Source: Candidatus Moraniibacteriota bacterium (GTDB taxonomy: Bacteria > Patescibacteriota > Minisyncoccia > Moranbacterales > UBA2206). Taken from it: a stretch of DNA of 52,496 nucleotides. The stretch is from NCBI GenBank assembly GCA_030679995.1, contig JAUXSK010000019.1, forward strand, positions 1-52,496, written 5' to 3'. A program made the position numbers and the translations under genes. This document shows, in pieces, positions 19,480-29,227 of this stretch (position 1 is the stretch's first letter; the number at the start of each line of letters is the position of its first letter). The notes beneath the pieces were generated by a model. The model worked only from the letters and a program-made list of their open reading frames with translations. It had not been told where the DNA came from and did no database searches.

Positions 19480-21652
19480 ATTCCAAATGGATCTTTTCTT
19501 GGAATTTTTGCAGGGCCTGAGCGAGGAGCGGATGGTTTGCCAGTTCCGGGTCGGAGGACAGGATATTTTGCGCTTCGGCGCGGGCGAATTTGATGAGTTT
19601 TATGTTGGACAAGTGTTCCATCGCGATGTCGGGCAGGCCGGATTGGACGAGGCCGAAGAATTGCCCGGGACCGCGCAGTTCGAGGTCTTTTTGGGAAATC
19701 TCAAAACCGTCCGAAGTGTCTTCCATCGCTTGCAAGCGTTCCAAGGCTTTTTCCGTGTCGGAATTGGTGAATAGGAAGCAATAGGATTGGTGTTCTCCGC
19801 GTCCGACCCGTCCGCGGAACTGGTGCAGCTGCGACAGGCCGAAGCGGTCGGCGTCTTCGATGATAATCACTGACGCGTTGGGGATATCGATGCCGACTTC
19901 GACTACGGAAGTGGCGACGAGAACATCACTTTTTTTATTTTTAAAATCTTCCATCACAGCTTCTTTTTCTTTGGATTTCAATTTGCCATGCAAAAGTCCC
20001 AGACGCAGATCGGGAAAAATTTCTTCGGATAATCTTCGATGTTCGCTGGTTGCGGCCTTCAATTCGGTCAAAACTTTTGAATCTTCCACGAGAGGCAAAA
20101 TGACAAAAGCCTGCCTGCCGTTTTTAATTTCTTGGCGGATAAAATCATAGGCTTCTTGGCGGACTGTCGCGGGGATTATTTTAGTGATGATTTCTTTGCG
20201 GTTTTTAGGCATCTCGTCCAAAAGGGAAAGCTCCAAACTGCCGAACATCGCGATGGCTAAAGTCCTTGGAATGGGGGTGGCGGTCATCGTCAAAAGATGT
20301 GGGATAGTCTTTTTCTGGCCATCGCGGACGTCCATCGTTTCTTGTTGCAAATAAGCGCGTTGGGCCACGCCAAAACGGTGTTGCTCATCGATGATAATCA
20401 GCGCCAGATTTTTAAATTGGACGTCTTCCTGGATGATGGCGTGGGTTCCGATGATAATTTGCATGTTGCCGGACTTGATTTCATCCAGTAGCGCATTTCG
20501 AGATAATTTTGAATTTGGAATTTTGAATTTTGAATCATTTTTTAAATTAGAATTTTGAAAATTGGAGTCTGAGTCGAAACTCGAAACTCGAAACTCGAAA
20601 TTGTTAGCCAGCTTGTATGAATTAGTCAAAAGCGCAATGTTTATATTGTAATTTTCAAATATTTTACAAAAACTCTCAAAATGCTGGCGCGCCAAAACTT
20701 CTGTCGGCGCCATAATCGCCGTTTGGAAGCCGGCGCTGGCTGTTTGCAGGGAGGCGATGGCGGCCACCACGGTCTTGCCGGAACCGACGTCGCCGTTCAA
20801 GAGGCGGTTCATCGGTAGTGGATTTTCCAAATCTTTCAAAATTTCAAATGAAGCTTTGCGCTGGGCGTCAGTCAGTTTGAAAGGCAGTTTTTTGACGAAG
20901 CCTTGGATCAGTTTTTCGTCGAACTTGATCGGCGAAGCCGGGTTGTTTTCCCACTGGGTTTTGATTTGCAAGGTCCGCAACTGCACCAGAAACATTTCTT
21001 GGAAGGCGAACCTTTTCTGGGCGCGCAAAAGTTTTTCGCGGGATTCGGGAAAATGGATTTGGGAGAGGGCGGTGTAAATGTCATAGAGGTTCAATCTTTG
21101 CCGGAGATCATAGGGGAGGACATCCTCCATCTGCCGGGCGGTTTCCAAGAGCGGTTTTAGTTGCCAGCGGATCCATTTGGAGGTTATACCGCTGGTTTCG
21201 CTGTATATGGGAACGAGGCACCCAGTGTTAGTGGTTTCGCGGGCGGCTTTTTCCCAGGACGGGTTGGTCATCTGCAATGTCTTGCCGCGCAGGGTCATTT
21301 TGCCGCTCAGGCGCGCGAAAGTCCCTTCCCGCAAAGATTCCAGTACGAAGGGTTGATTGAACCAGATAGCCTTCAAGGGAGTTTTATTATCATCTTCGAT
21401 AGTCACTTCTGTAATCGTCATCTTGCGACGAGGGATCCGGGCTGATTTGGTTTTGGTCACGACGCCTTCGATGGTCACGGTCTGGTTGATATATTCCGGG
21501 GAAACTTTGACGGTCTGTGAAAAGTCATCATAACGGAAAGGGAAGTATGATAAAAGGTCTTCCACGGTGCGGAGTTCCAATTTGTCCAAAATCTTGTGGT
21601 ATTTCGGGAGGATTTTGGAAATATTTTTGAGCGGAGTTTTGAGGGTTAACAT
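19478..21652 (-). CDS. recG: ATP-dependent DNA helicase RecG carrying an in-frame repeat-derived insertion
   Basis: PMNRLLNGDVGSGKT, DEQHRFGV, MTATPIPRT, QLHQFRGRVGRG; start at ATG 21652 with TATACT 6 nt upstream. Confidence 0.96.
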   Translation of the reverse strand: MLTLKTPLKNISKILPKYHKILDKLELRTVEDLLSYFPFRYDDFSQTVKVSPEYINQTVTIEGVVTKTKSARIPRRKMTITEVTIEDDNKTPLKAIWFNQPFVLESLREGTFARLSGKMTLRGKTLQMTNPSWEKAARETTNTGCLVPIYSETSGITSKWIRWQLKPLLETARQMEDVLPYDLRQRLNLYDIYTALSQIHFPESREKLLRAQKRFAFQEMFLVQLRTLQIKTQWENNPASPIKFDEKLIQGFVKKLPFKLTDAQRKASFEILKDLENPLPMNRLLNGDVGSGKTVVAAIASLQTASAGFQTAIMAPTEVLARQHFESFCKIFENYNINIALLTNSYKLANNFEFRVSSFDSDSNFQNSNLKNDSKFKIPNSKLSRNALLDEIKSGNMQIIIGTHAIIQEDVQFKNLALIIIDEQHRFGVAQRAYLQQETMDVRDGQKKTIPHLLTMTATPIPRTLAIAMFGSLELSLLDEMPKNRKEIITKIIPATVRQEAYDFIRQEIKNGRQAFVILPLVEDSKVLTELKAATSEHRRLSEEIFPDLRLGLLHGKLKSKEKEAVMEDFKNKKSDVLVATSVVEVGIDIPNASVIIIEDADRFGLSQLHQFRGRVGRGEHQSYCFLFTNSDTEKALERLQAMEDTSDGFEISQKDLELRGPGQFFGLVQSGLPDIAMEHLSNIKLIKFARAEAQNILSSDPELANHPLLAQALQKFQEKIHLE
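20505..20602 (-). repeat. Heptamer palindromic element in frame in recG
   Basis: Three TCGAAAC plus one TCGAAAT, and TTTTGAA units; encodes NFEFRVSSFDSDSNFQNSNLKNDSKFKIPNSKL. Confidence 0.8.
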
Positions 21653-21718
21653 ATTTGCAGTATAGCTTATCCGGATTTCCGTAGCCAGTCCTGGGAAAAA
21701 ATCCCGTAATAAAAATAA

Positions 21719-21764
21719 GCCCATACCGCAACCGACATTGTCATTGTCGGTTCGCAGTATGGGC
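21719..21764 (-). terminator. Long hairpin terminator after the frameshifted gene
   Basis: GCCCATACCGCAACCGACA-7 nt-TGTCGGTTCGCAGTATGGGC, then TTATTTTT on the minus strand. Confidence 0.75.
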
Positions 21765-21784
21765 AGGACGGCGTTTGCGAAAAG

Positions 21785-22931
21785 TTATGGCGCAAGCACC
21801 TGGACCGGCCACAAGGTAGCCGGGATTTCGTAGTTGTGGATGAATTCGATTACCCGCAATGCATCATTTGTGTCGCGGACGAAAGACGCAATGTTATTGG
21901 AAGCCACCGGCTCGCCGTTTATGTAGGCGAGCCAATCCAGCAGATTAATTTCTGTTGTATACCAGCTGCCTGGGGAGTTTCCGGGCTGGATCACATCGAT
22001 CTCCTGGTCAAAGTATGTATTCCGCCAGTAACCGAGGCCGCGGAAATTGACGAAGTCCGGATTTTCCGGCAGGCAATTCGTCGAGTTAGGGATGGCTAAT
22101 ATCCGATTGAGGTACTGGACCAAATCAGCCGTAATGGTACCGGTCTTATCTGCTGCTGCGGCCAAGAAGAATCCGGCGAAAGTCAGGTCATCATTGGTCA
22201 GGGGTTCGGCTTCGATGCTGTTCGGAACCACTGGCAGCAGGAAACGGACCCTTGTCCCAAACTTGCCGTAATCGGTATCCGCGTCGAGAGTCGGATGTAG
22301 AGTAACTTCACCTCCGTGCTCATCCGCAACTGTTTCCGCTGTCTGTATATGGCCGTTCCGCATCAGGTATGAGTATAAGGCCAGATTTTCCAGTGGCGAG
22401 TCAATCGTTTTTTGGGTCACTTCCCCCGTTGCAGTGAGTGTCTCCAGTCGTAAACGTCCTGCAGCATCTACATCAATATGCCTGCAAAGCTTGATGAGGG
22501 AGATTACCTCGTCAAAGCTTGACTCCAAGACGCTGTCCGGCGAACGGGCCACGCTCAACCGACCGAAATCCACTTCGACGGGCACGTTGTCCACAGCTTC
22601 TATGACTCCGCACTCTTCATCGAGAAGCAGGAGATTGCCATCGGCATCCAGGGGTTGGAGACATCCTGCTGCGGAAAGGATGGGCACGCCATCCAGATTC
22701 CGCAAGACAACATAGAGATCGCCATAATCAGTGGATGCGCTGGGCTTTCCGCCGCCTTTGCCGCCTGAGGTGGTTGCTTTGCCACCCTTGGTTGTAGGGA
22801 CAGTCGTAACCGCAACTTCAGTCTTACCTCTCGCCTTTCCTCCTTTTTTTTTCGATGATATTTTTTGCCGCGACAGGCGCGGCAAGACACAGGACCAGAA
22901 GAACGCACAAATAAGGCAGTAGCTTTTTCAT
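21785..22931 (-). pseudogene. Secreted hypothetical protein gene split by a 1 nt frameshift in an A9 tract
   Basis: GGAGG SD, ATG at 22931, MKKLLPYLCVLLVLCLAAPVAA signal peptide; this frame stops after 35 codons; removing one A at 22844-22852 joins it to the 366 aa ORF. Confidence 0.75.
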
Positions 22932-23205
22932 TTTTTCCTCCACTTCAGTTATTTTTCAGTTAACATCCTCAGAAAAATCCCAACCAACAATCCGTCGTAA
23001 AATCACCTCCTTTTTGATGTAAGTTGATTACCTTTTTCGGTTAAACATCGTCTAACTGGATAATATTTTTTAAAGGACCGCGCTTAACTCCAGTATTAAT
23101 ATCAATCAGGAAACTGGTTTATTGCAAGTATAGCCTTTTTAATGGAATATTCAAGTAAAAATAAGTTGCGGAAAAGGATACTTTATCGCGGTGTAGCGCA
23201 AAACA

Positions 23206-23228
23206 AAAACAGGATAAAATCCTGTTTT
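23206..23228 (-). terminator. Weak terminator after tRNA-Ser(GCU)
   Basis: AAAACAGGAT-aaa-ATCCTGTTTT. Confidence 0.6.
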
Positions 23229-23233
23229 ATGAT

Positions 23234-23323
23234 TGGCGGAGAGGCAGGGATTTGAACCCTGGAACCCGGTTAGGAGTTAACACGTTAGCAGTGTGCCGCT
23301 TTCGACCACTCAGCCACCTCTCC
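23234..23323 (-). tRNA. tRNA-Ser(GCU)
   Basis: GGAGAGGTGGCTGAGTGGTCGAAAGC…CTGCTAA loop, long variable arm, encoded CCA. Confidence 0.93.
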
Positions 23324-23406
23324 AGACGTTGACCGTACTTTCCAGTACATTAGATAGGATAACAAACTATGCTTATTTTATCAAGTTTCGGGGCCTGACT
23401 AGCGGC

Positions 23407-23435
23407 TTGACTGGGAAATGCGCCCGTGATATGCT
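23407..23435 (+). promoter_or_regulatory. Sigma70 promoter upstream of the zinc-ribbon gene
   Basis: TTGACT-17 nt-TATGCT with extended -10 TG. Confidence 0.65.
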
Positions 23436-23555
23436 CCATTGCAGAGGTGATGATTTCGAAATAGTTTTATTTAGGAAATATAGATAAGCTAGGAGTAGGG
23501 TCACCATTTAATCCCGTGCAAAGCGGGATCTAGAAAGAGAGGTGACTACTACAAA

Positions 23556-23804
23556 ATGGCTTATCAAGATCAAGGAGCAAGGCCGCAGAGGCAGATGTTT
23601 GATGTTTCAGCGATGAATATCACCTGTTCAGAGTGCGGAGCTGCTATCAACGAACTACCGTTCGAACCGACCAAGAAAGAAGACGGGACATTGGGCAATC
23701 TTTTCTGTTACGAATGTAACAAGAAAAGAAACGCCAATAAACCGAGAAGGGGAGGATTCGGAGGTGGAAACAGAGGCGGATTCGGAGGCGGAAAGAGATT
23801 CTAA
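23556..23804 (+). CDS. Small zinc-ribbon protein (CxxC-x17-CxxC-like) with an RGG/Gly-rich tail
   Basis: RQMF…CSECG…LPFEP…FCYEC; tail RRGGFGGGNRGGFGGG; SD GAGGTG. Confidence 0.88.
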   Translation: MAYQDQGARPQRQMFDVSAMNITCSECGAAINELPFEPTKKEDGTLGNLFCYECNKKRNANKPRRGGFGGGNRGGFGGGKRF

Positions 23805-23826
23805 CTTGTCGAAAAACCTATGGATA

Positions 23827-23856
23827 AAAAAAGAACGGCTTTCAGCCGTTCTTTTT
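23827..23856. terminator. Bidirectional terminator
   Basis: AAAAAAGAACGGCT-ttc-AGCCGTTCTTTTTT. Confidence 0.85.
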
Positions 23857-23881
23857 TGTTGTCCTTCCCGTTTTTTTAGTG

Positions 23882-23954
23882 TGCGCTTAGCAGGAATCGA
23901 ACCTGCGACCTTCTGGACCGCAACCAGACGCTCTATCCACTGAGCTATAAGCGC
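23882..23954 (-). tRNA. tRNA-Arg(GCG)
   Basis: GCGCTTATAGCTCAGTGGATAGAGCG-TCTGG-TTGCGGT-CCAGA…GGTTCGATTCC. Confidence 0.93.
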
Positions 23955-23978
23955 TTTTTATCTAGCCAATATAGCTTA

Positions 23979-24581
23979 CTACATATGTAGAAATCTTTCA
24001 AATGCGTCCACGATATTCGGTTCTTGTTTGATTTCCTCGATATGGTCTAGTAAGATTTTGCGGATCGCTACCGGATCCTCATTGTGGATGGGGATATGGA
24101 CATAGGGCATAAGATAACTGTCCGTGCGCAGGCTGATGACCTTCAGCCCCTCGGCTTCGTAGAAAATCCAGAATGATTTTATAGCTTCGTATTTGAAAAT
24201 TTCATTGCCGGCGATAATCCCGTCGTAAGTTACCATAAAATCAAGGACGCGCGGGTCTTTGTTCATATAGATATAACCGACAACTCCGAACAGGACGAAG
24301 GTTATAGCCATAATGGGGCTGTTGGCGTAGATGGCATAGGCGATAAGGGCGATGAACAGCAAGGTGACATACAAAAATCTTCTTTTGTTTTGCTCATGGA
24401 CTTCGAATTCAGGCGCTCGCCAATGCGCCAAAACATCAGCGGAGTGTTCCGCGATCAGCTTTTCCTCCTCCGGCGCCGCTATTTTCTCCGCCACTTTTTT
24501 TGAATGCGAAAAAAAGCTATCTATTTTCTCCTCGCTTTTTTTGCCGTCCTTGATGTTTTCATCGAAATCACCTACATACAT
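23979..24581 (-). CDS. Hypothetical 2-TM protein with a C-terminal PH-like domain
   Basis: WRAPEF, two TM helices, YEAIKSFWI. Confidence 0.8.
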   Translation of the reverse strand: MYVGDFDENIKDGKKSEEKIDSFFSHSKKVAEKIAAPEEEKLIAEHSADVLAHWRAPEFEVHEQNKRRFLYVTLLFIALIAYAIYANSPIMAITFVLFGVVGYIYMNKDPRVLDFMVTYDGIIAGNEIFKYEAIKSFWIFYEAEGLKVISLRTDSYLMPYVHIPIHNEDPVAIRKILLDHIEEIKQEPNIVDAFERFLHM

Positions 24582-24754
24582 CCTTTTAATCCTAATGCTT
24601 TATGCCTCCCCATACTACCATATTTACAAATCCATTTCCAGATGGTAGGATGGATGGGTGAATCGGCGGCCTGAGCAGCGGGGTTTGAATCTGGGAAAAA
24701 CGGATTTCCACTTGCTGATAGGCATCTAAGGCGGAAAAAATACAAATCAATAAT

Positions 24755-24841
24755 GGAAGAGTGCCCGAGCGGTTTAAGGGAACAGTCTTGAAAACTGTCG
24801 TGGGTGAAAGTCCACCGAGAGTTCGAATCTCTCCTCTTCCT
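24755..24841 (+). tRNA. tRNA-Ser(UGA)
   Basis: GGAAGAGTGCCCGAGCGGTTTAAGGG-ACAGT-CTTGAAA-ACTGT, long variable arm, GTTCGAATC. Confidence 0.92.
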
Positions 24842-24843
24842 CA

Positions 24844-24927
24844 ATGAACAGCGTGAATGAGAAAGAGGAGAGATGAGAAGTTTATACTCGGGAGTGAAAC
24901 GGACAGGTAAATCTTTCCTCTTCCTCA
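24844..24927 (+). mobile_element. Short tRNA-Ser 3'-linked element, copy C (different core)
   Basis: 24858-24874 inverts 24827-24843 (16/17); 24910-24927 directly repeats 24826-24843 (17/18). Confidence 0.7.
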
Positions 24928-25076
24928 GACAAGGATCGGACGGAAATTGTTGCATAAATTGTTACATAACAGTTTATGCAACATCAGCCATCTGCTGGGA
25001 AAGTCCCGCCGCGTTTCCGGCGGTTGCCAGCGAGGGTCATCGCGATATTTTCCCGCTTTCAAACTGTGCCAGCGTT

Positions 25077-25487
25077 ATGGAATTTTTCAAGTTAACTTTG
25101 TTGCCGATTTTTTTAGCTGCCGGCGCCGGCATGGCCGGCAGTTTTTTGTGGTACGCGCTTTTCCTGAAAAAAGACGGCCGGACGGCCAAGGAAGAGCTGG
25201 CGGGGGAAAAGCCCGCCAAGAGCTGGAAGAGCCTTTCGCAAGCGTCTTTTCTGGCGAATTTTTTTTCTGCCGCCGCCGCCAGTATGCTCCTGGACATATT
25301 CCAAGCTAAGACTTTTTTCCAAGGATCAAAAATCGCTTTGGCGGTTTTTTTCTTCCTGACGGCCGTTTCCGGCATAAAAAAAGTGGTCATCGAAAACAAA
25401 TCGATGGAAAACTTTATGCTGGGAGCCGGGCATAACTTGGTGAATATCGGCATCATTTTTTCCATCCTGATTCTGGCTGGCCGGTAG
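25077..25487 (+). CDS. Small 4-TM membrane protein, DUF1761-like
   Basis: IFLAA…GSFLWYALF and four hydrophobic helices; ATG at 25077 chosen as start. Confidence 0.7.
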   Translation: MEFFKLTLLPIFLAAGAGMAGSFLWYALFLKKDGRTAKEELAGEKPAKSWKSLSQASFLANFFSAAAASMLLDIFQAKTFFQGSKIALAVFFFLTAVSGIKKVVIENKSMENFMLGAGHNLVNIGIIFSILILAGR

Positions 25488-25527
25488 CGTTCGCGCGTGA
25501 TATCTAAAAATTAATCCAATAAATCTT

Positions 25528-25950
25528 ATGAGTTGCCCATTTTGCAATCCGGAAACCATCGCCAAGCAGAAAATATTCGAGACGGAAAACGAATATGTTT
25601 TCTATAATCTGAGCCCGAAAACAAAAGGCCAATGCTTGGTCGTGCCAAAACGGCACGTGGAAGGCGTGCGGGAATTGGACGCGGAGGAATCAGCCAGTTT
25701 GATGCGGACGGTGGGATTCGTTTCGGAAAAACTGGACGGATATCTGCATCCGGCCGGTTTCAATTACGGTTTCAACGAGGGTTCCATCGCCGGCCAGACG
25801 GTCTTTCATCTGCATTTCCATATAATGCCGAGATATGTCGGCGACGGCGTGGAAGTTTCCCATATATTCCATCGTAAACCGGAAGACAAAATATTTATGA
25901 CGGATGAGGAAATGCGTCCGCTGGCTGAAGAATTCAGGGCTATATTTTAA
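25528..25950 (+). CDS. HIT-family nucleotide hydrolase
   Basis: CPFC, LVVPKRHV, AGQTVFHLHFHIMPR histidine triad. Confidence 0.93.
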   Translation: MSCPFCNPETIAKQKIFETENEYVFYNLSPKTKGQCLVVPKRHVEGVRELDAEESASLMRTVGFVSEKLDGYLHPAGFNYGFNEGSIAGQTVFHLHFHIMPRYVGDGVEVSHIFHRKPEDKIFMTDEEMRPLAEEFRAIF

Positions 25951-25954
25951 AAAT

Positions 25955-26680
25955 TCATTTGACTTCCTGTCTGGCTAGGACGGCGCCGAAAACTTTTTTG
26001 GCGCCGTTTCGTTTCAACTCTTTGGCGCATTCAAAAAGAGTGGCGCCGGTGGTGGCGATGTCATCGACCAGAAGGATGGTCTTATCTTTTATATCTCCAG
26101 GCTTGCCCGCAATGAAAGCGTTTTGCAGATTATCCAGACGTTCGGCGTATTTTTTGATTTTCATCTGGGGCGGGGTGTATCTTTTCCGGCGCAAGATATC
26201 CGTTCCGAGCGGGATTTCAAAACCGGGCGCCAGATTCCGGCTGATATGGCCGGCCAGCAGTTGCGATTGGTTGAAACCGCGCCAGCGCTGGCGCCGCGGA
26301 TGGAGCGGTATCGGGATGATTATGTCCGGAATAGGCAAGCGTGATTGCAAGATGGCCTCGGTGAGGATTTTCCCTAATGGGATATGCAGGTCTTCAATAA
26401 ACCGGTATTTATACAGATGCACCAATTTGCCAAGATGGTCATCTTTGTATTTGGCGGCGACGAGCAATCCGTCCAATGCGGAAGAAAATTTGCAATTCCG
26501 GCAGACGTGCCCGCTGTCAGTTATAGCGTCTTCGCATTCCGGACAAACTTGGACGGAGAGCGGTTCTATCCGGCGCAGGCAATCATCGCAAAGCCAAACG
26601 TCGTCGCGGCCGCAAGATACGCAGGATATGGGGAAGAGGGTGTCTAAAATAAAATCCTTTGTGTTTTGGAAGATATTCAA
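25955..26680 (-). CDS. comF: Competence protein ComF (double zinc ribbon plus PRTase)
   Basis: Four CxxC pairs, PIPLHPRRQRWRGFNQ, LLVDDIATTGAT. Confidence 0.93.
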   Translation of the reverse strand: MNIFQNTKDFILDTLFPISCVSCGRDDVWLCDDCLRRIEPLSVQVCPECEDAITDSGHVCRNCKFSSALDGLLVAAKYKDDHLGKLVHLYKYRFIEDLHIPLGKILTEAILQSRLPIPDIIIPIPLHPRRQRWRGFNQSQLLAGHISRNLAPGFEIPLGTDILRRKRYTPPQMKIKKYAERLDNLQNAFIAGKPGDIKDKTILLVDDIATTGATLFECAKELKRNGAKKVFGAVLARQEVK

Positions 26681-26745
26681 ATTTCAAATTTTAATATTTA
26701 GAATTTTGAATTTATTTATGATTTGCGATTTTGCATTTGTAATTT
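26676..26745. repeat. Half copy (one arm) of the AT-rich palindromic element
   Basis: GAATTTTGAATTTATTTATGATTTGCGATTTTGCATTTGTAATTT matches the right arms at 34247-34285, 45355-45398 and 49305-49349. Confidence 0.75.
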
Positions 26746-26746
26746 A

Positions 26747-29227
26747 TCAAGTAAGCTTGATCTCCCCTTTCCTCGCGTCCACATTGATCTTGCCATTTTT
26801 GACTTTGCCATACATTATCATCTCCGCGATCGGATTTTCCAATAATTCCTGGATGTTTTTGCGGACGAGGCGGGCACCTTGGTTGAAAGCGAGGCTTTTT
26901 CCGGCAATGAATTTAACGGTATCGTTTTTGAGCAGCAATTTGATTTTTTGTCCGGACAGGCGGGCGGCCAACCCTTCCAGTTCTTTCGCGGTTATCCGTT
27001 CTATTTCCGATTCGTTCAAAGCGTTGAACACTATGACGTGGTCCAGGCGGTTCAAAAGTTCGGGGCGCATTTTTTTCTCAAGATCCTTGAGGGCGCCGTC
27101 CTTGATCCGGTTGAATTTTTCGTGCAAGCCACCTTTCGTTTGTTCGGATTCGAAACCGACCTTGGAGGCGTTGGTGAATTCGGAGGTCCCGATGTTGGAA
27201 GTGAGGATAATAATGGTGTTTTTAAAATCGACGCGGGTGCCTTCGGCATCGGTCAGGATGCCGTCTTCCAAGATTTGCAGGAGGATGTTGAAAACATCGG
27301 GGTGGGCTTTTTCGATTTCATCCAGCAGGATGACTGAATATGGGTTCCGGCGTACCTTTTCCGTGAGCTTGCCTCCCTCGCCATAGCCGACATAGCCGGC
27401 GGGCGAACCGATAAGCGAAGCGACATTATGGCGCTCCATCAATTCGCTCATATCGATCCGGATGAGCGATTTGGGGCTGCCGAAAAATTCTTGCGCCAAG
27501 ACTTTGGCGGTCAGGGTTTTGCCGACGCCGGTCGGGCCGAGGAATAGGAATGATCCAATCGGGCGGTCCGGGTTACCGATGCCGGATTGCGAGCGCAAGA
27601 GGGCGCTGGAAAGTTTTTCGATAGCTTGCTGTTGGCCGATAACGTGCGAAGCGAGATTTTGCCGGATGTTTTTTATCCGCAGGTTTTTTTCCTGCAAGAT
27701 TTTTTCAACGGGGACTTTTGAAATCCTGGACACGGTTTTCGCGATGTCGGCCGCGGTTATTTCGACGGGGTTGTTTTTTTCTTCAACTGTTTGGTTTTGT
27801 CGCAGGAGCTTCAACTGTTCCGCGACCTTCTTTTCTTCGCCGCGCAAGCCGGTAGCTTTTTCGTAGTGTTCCTGCTCGACCAATTTTTCTTTTTTCGCAA
27901 GCAAGTCTGACTTCCGGTCTTCTAATTTCCTGATTTGGCGCAGCGTTTCGGAAAGCTTGCGGCGTGAGCGCAAATCGGAAGCGGTTTCATCAAGCACATC
28001 TATGGCTTTGTCTGGCAGGAACCGGTTTTGGATATAACGGATGCTCAATTCGACCGCCGCCGCGATGGCCGCGTCCGAGATGGCGGCATTGTGGAAAATT
28101 TCGTAATTTTTCCGGATACCGAAAAGTATTTTTTCAGTTTCAGCCCGGGTGGGTTCTTCGACGTGGACCGGTTGGAATCTCCGTTCAAGCGCTGCGTCTT
28201 TCTCGATATGTTTTTTGTATTCTTCAAAAGTCGTCGCGCCGATAATTTGCATATCGCCGCGGGCCAGGGCGGGCTTCAATATATTGGCCAGATCAAGTCC
28301 GCCAGGCATATTGCCGGCGCCGACGATAGAATGAAGCTCGTCGATAAAGAGGATGATATCCGGGCTTGCAGTCACTTCCTTGACGATTTCTTTCAGTCTG
28401 GACTCGAATTCCCCCCGGAAGCTGGTTCCGGCAATCAATTGTGCCACGTCCAGGCCCATTATTTTTTTGCGGTAGAGTGATTGGGGAACCTCGCCGGTAT
28501 TTATCTTTTGCGCCAGTCCGGAAACGATGGCGGTTTTCCCCACGCCCGCTTCGCCGATAAGGACAGGGTTGTTCTTGTTTTTCCTGCCTAAAATATTGAT
28601 TATCCGCTGGATCTCTTTTTCGCGGCCGATAACCGCTTCATTCCTTTTCCGGACTTCCTCGTTCTTATCGACGCAGAATTTGTCGACAAAGGGCGTGGTG
28701 GAGGATTTTTTGGCGGTCTTTTTTCTGAGGCCTATTTCCGGAATGTCGAAAATCTTGGGCAGGCCGGAGAGTTGGCTCGGATCGAAAAGTGCCATAATCG
28801 ATTTATGGATATCTTTAAGATCGGCGCCTGACAAAATTTTCATAATCGTTTCATCGCCGGAATTGATGATGGCATAGGTCAGGTGTTCCGTGCCGACATA
28901 CGGGTATTCGAATTCCTTGGCGATGCCGTAGGCGCGAGTGAAAGTTTTTTTGAGATTGTCGGAGATAGCAAGTCGGGAGTTTCCAGGATCGGTTGCCGTG
29001 GCCGCCAATCCGGGCAGGAGGCTATCGAAAGATTTTTTTTCGATCCCGAGGTCATTCAGGATATTGCTGCCCAGACTGCCCTTTTCCAAATAGATGGCAT
29101 AGAGCAGATGGAGATTGTCGAGTTTAGAATGTTTGGACTTTCGAGCTAATTGCTCAGCTTCAAGGAAAGCTTTTTTGGCGTGGTTGGTCAATTTGTGTCC
29201 GGCTAATTGATCGGTTGAATTTGGCAT
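26747..29227 (-). CDS. clpC: ATP-dependent Clp protease ATP-binding subunit, ClpC type
   Basis: Clp N repeats, [20 protein letters not shown]-like coil, [24 protein letters not shown]. Confidence 0.93.
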   Translation of the reverse strand: MPNSTDQLAGHKLTNHAKKAFLEAEQLARKSKHSKLDNLHLLYAIYLEKGSLGSNILNDLGIEKKSFDSLLPGLAATATDPGNSRLAISDNLKKTFTRAYGIAKEFEYPYVGTEHLTYAIINSGDETIMKILSGADLKDIHKSIMALFDPSQLSGLPKIFDIPEIGLRKKTAKKSSTTPFVDKFCVDKNEEVRKRNEAVIGREKEIQRIINILGRKNKNNPVLIGEAGVGKTAIVSGLAQKINTGEVPQSLYRKKIMGLDVAQLIAGTSFRGEFESRLKEIVKEVTASPDIILFIDELHSIVGAGNMPGGLDLANILKPALARGDMQIIGATTFEEYKKHIEKDAALERRFQPVHVEEPTRAETEKILFGIRKNYEIFHNAAISDAAIAAAVELSIRYIQNRFLPDKAIDVLDETASDLRSRRKLSETLRQIRKLEDRKSDLLAKKEKLVEQEHYEKATGLRGEEKKVAEQLKLLRQNQTVEEKNNPVEITAADIAKTVSRISKVPVEKILQEKNLRIKNIRQNLASHVIGQQQAIEKLSSALLRSQSGIGNPDRPIGSFLFLGPTGVGKTLTAKVLAQEFFGSPKSLIRIDMSELMERHNVASLIGSPAGYVGYGEGGKLTEKVRRNPYSVILLDEIEKAHPDVFNILLQILEDGILTDAEGTRVDFKNTIIILTSNIGTSEFTNASKVGFESEQTKGGLHEKFNRIKDGALKDLEKKMRPELLNRLDHVIVFNALNESEIERITAKELEGLAARLSGQKIKLLLKNDTVKFIAGKSLAFNQGARLVRKNIQELLENPIAEMIMYGKVKNGKINVDARKGEIKLT

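Noticed and set aside
21653-21724. 24 aa N-terminal extension of RecG in the ORF track
   Set aside because: The promoter-like TATACT lies inside it, 6 nt before ATG 21652.
25959-27386. 475 aa plus-strand ORF and many other antisense ORFs over pilB, ligA, gatA, gyrB and clpC
   Set aside because: They are shadow frames opposite clearly identifiable genes and have no recognisable motifs.
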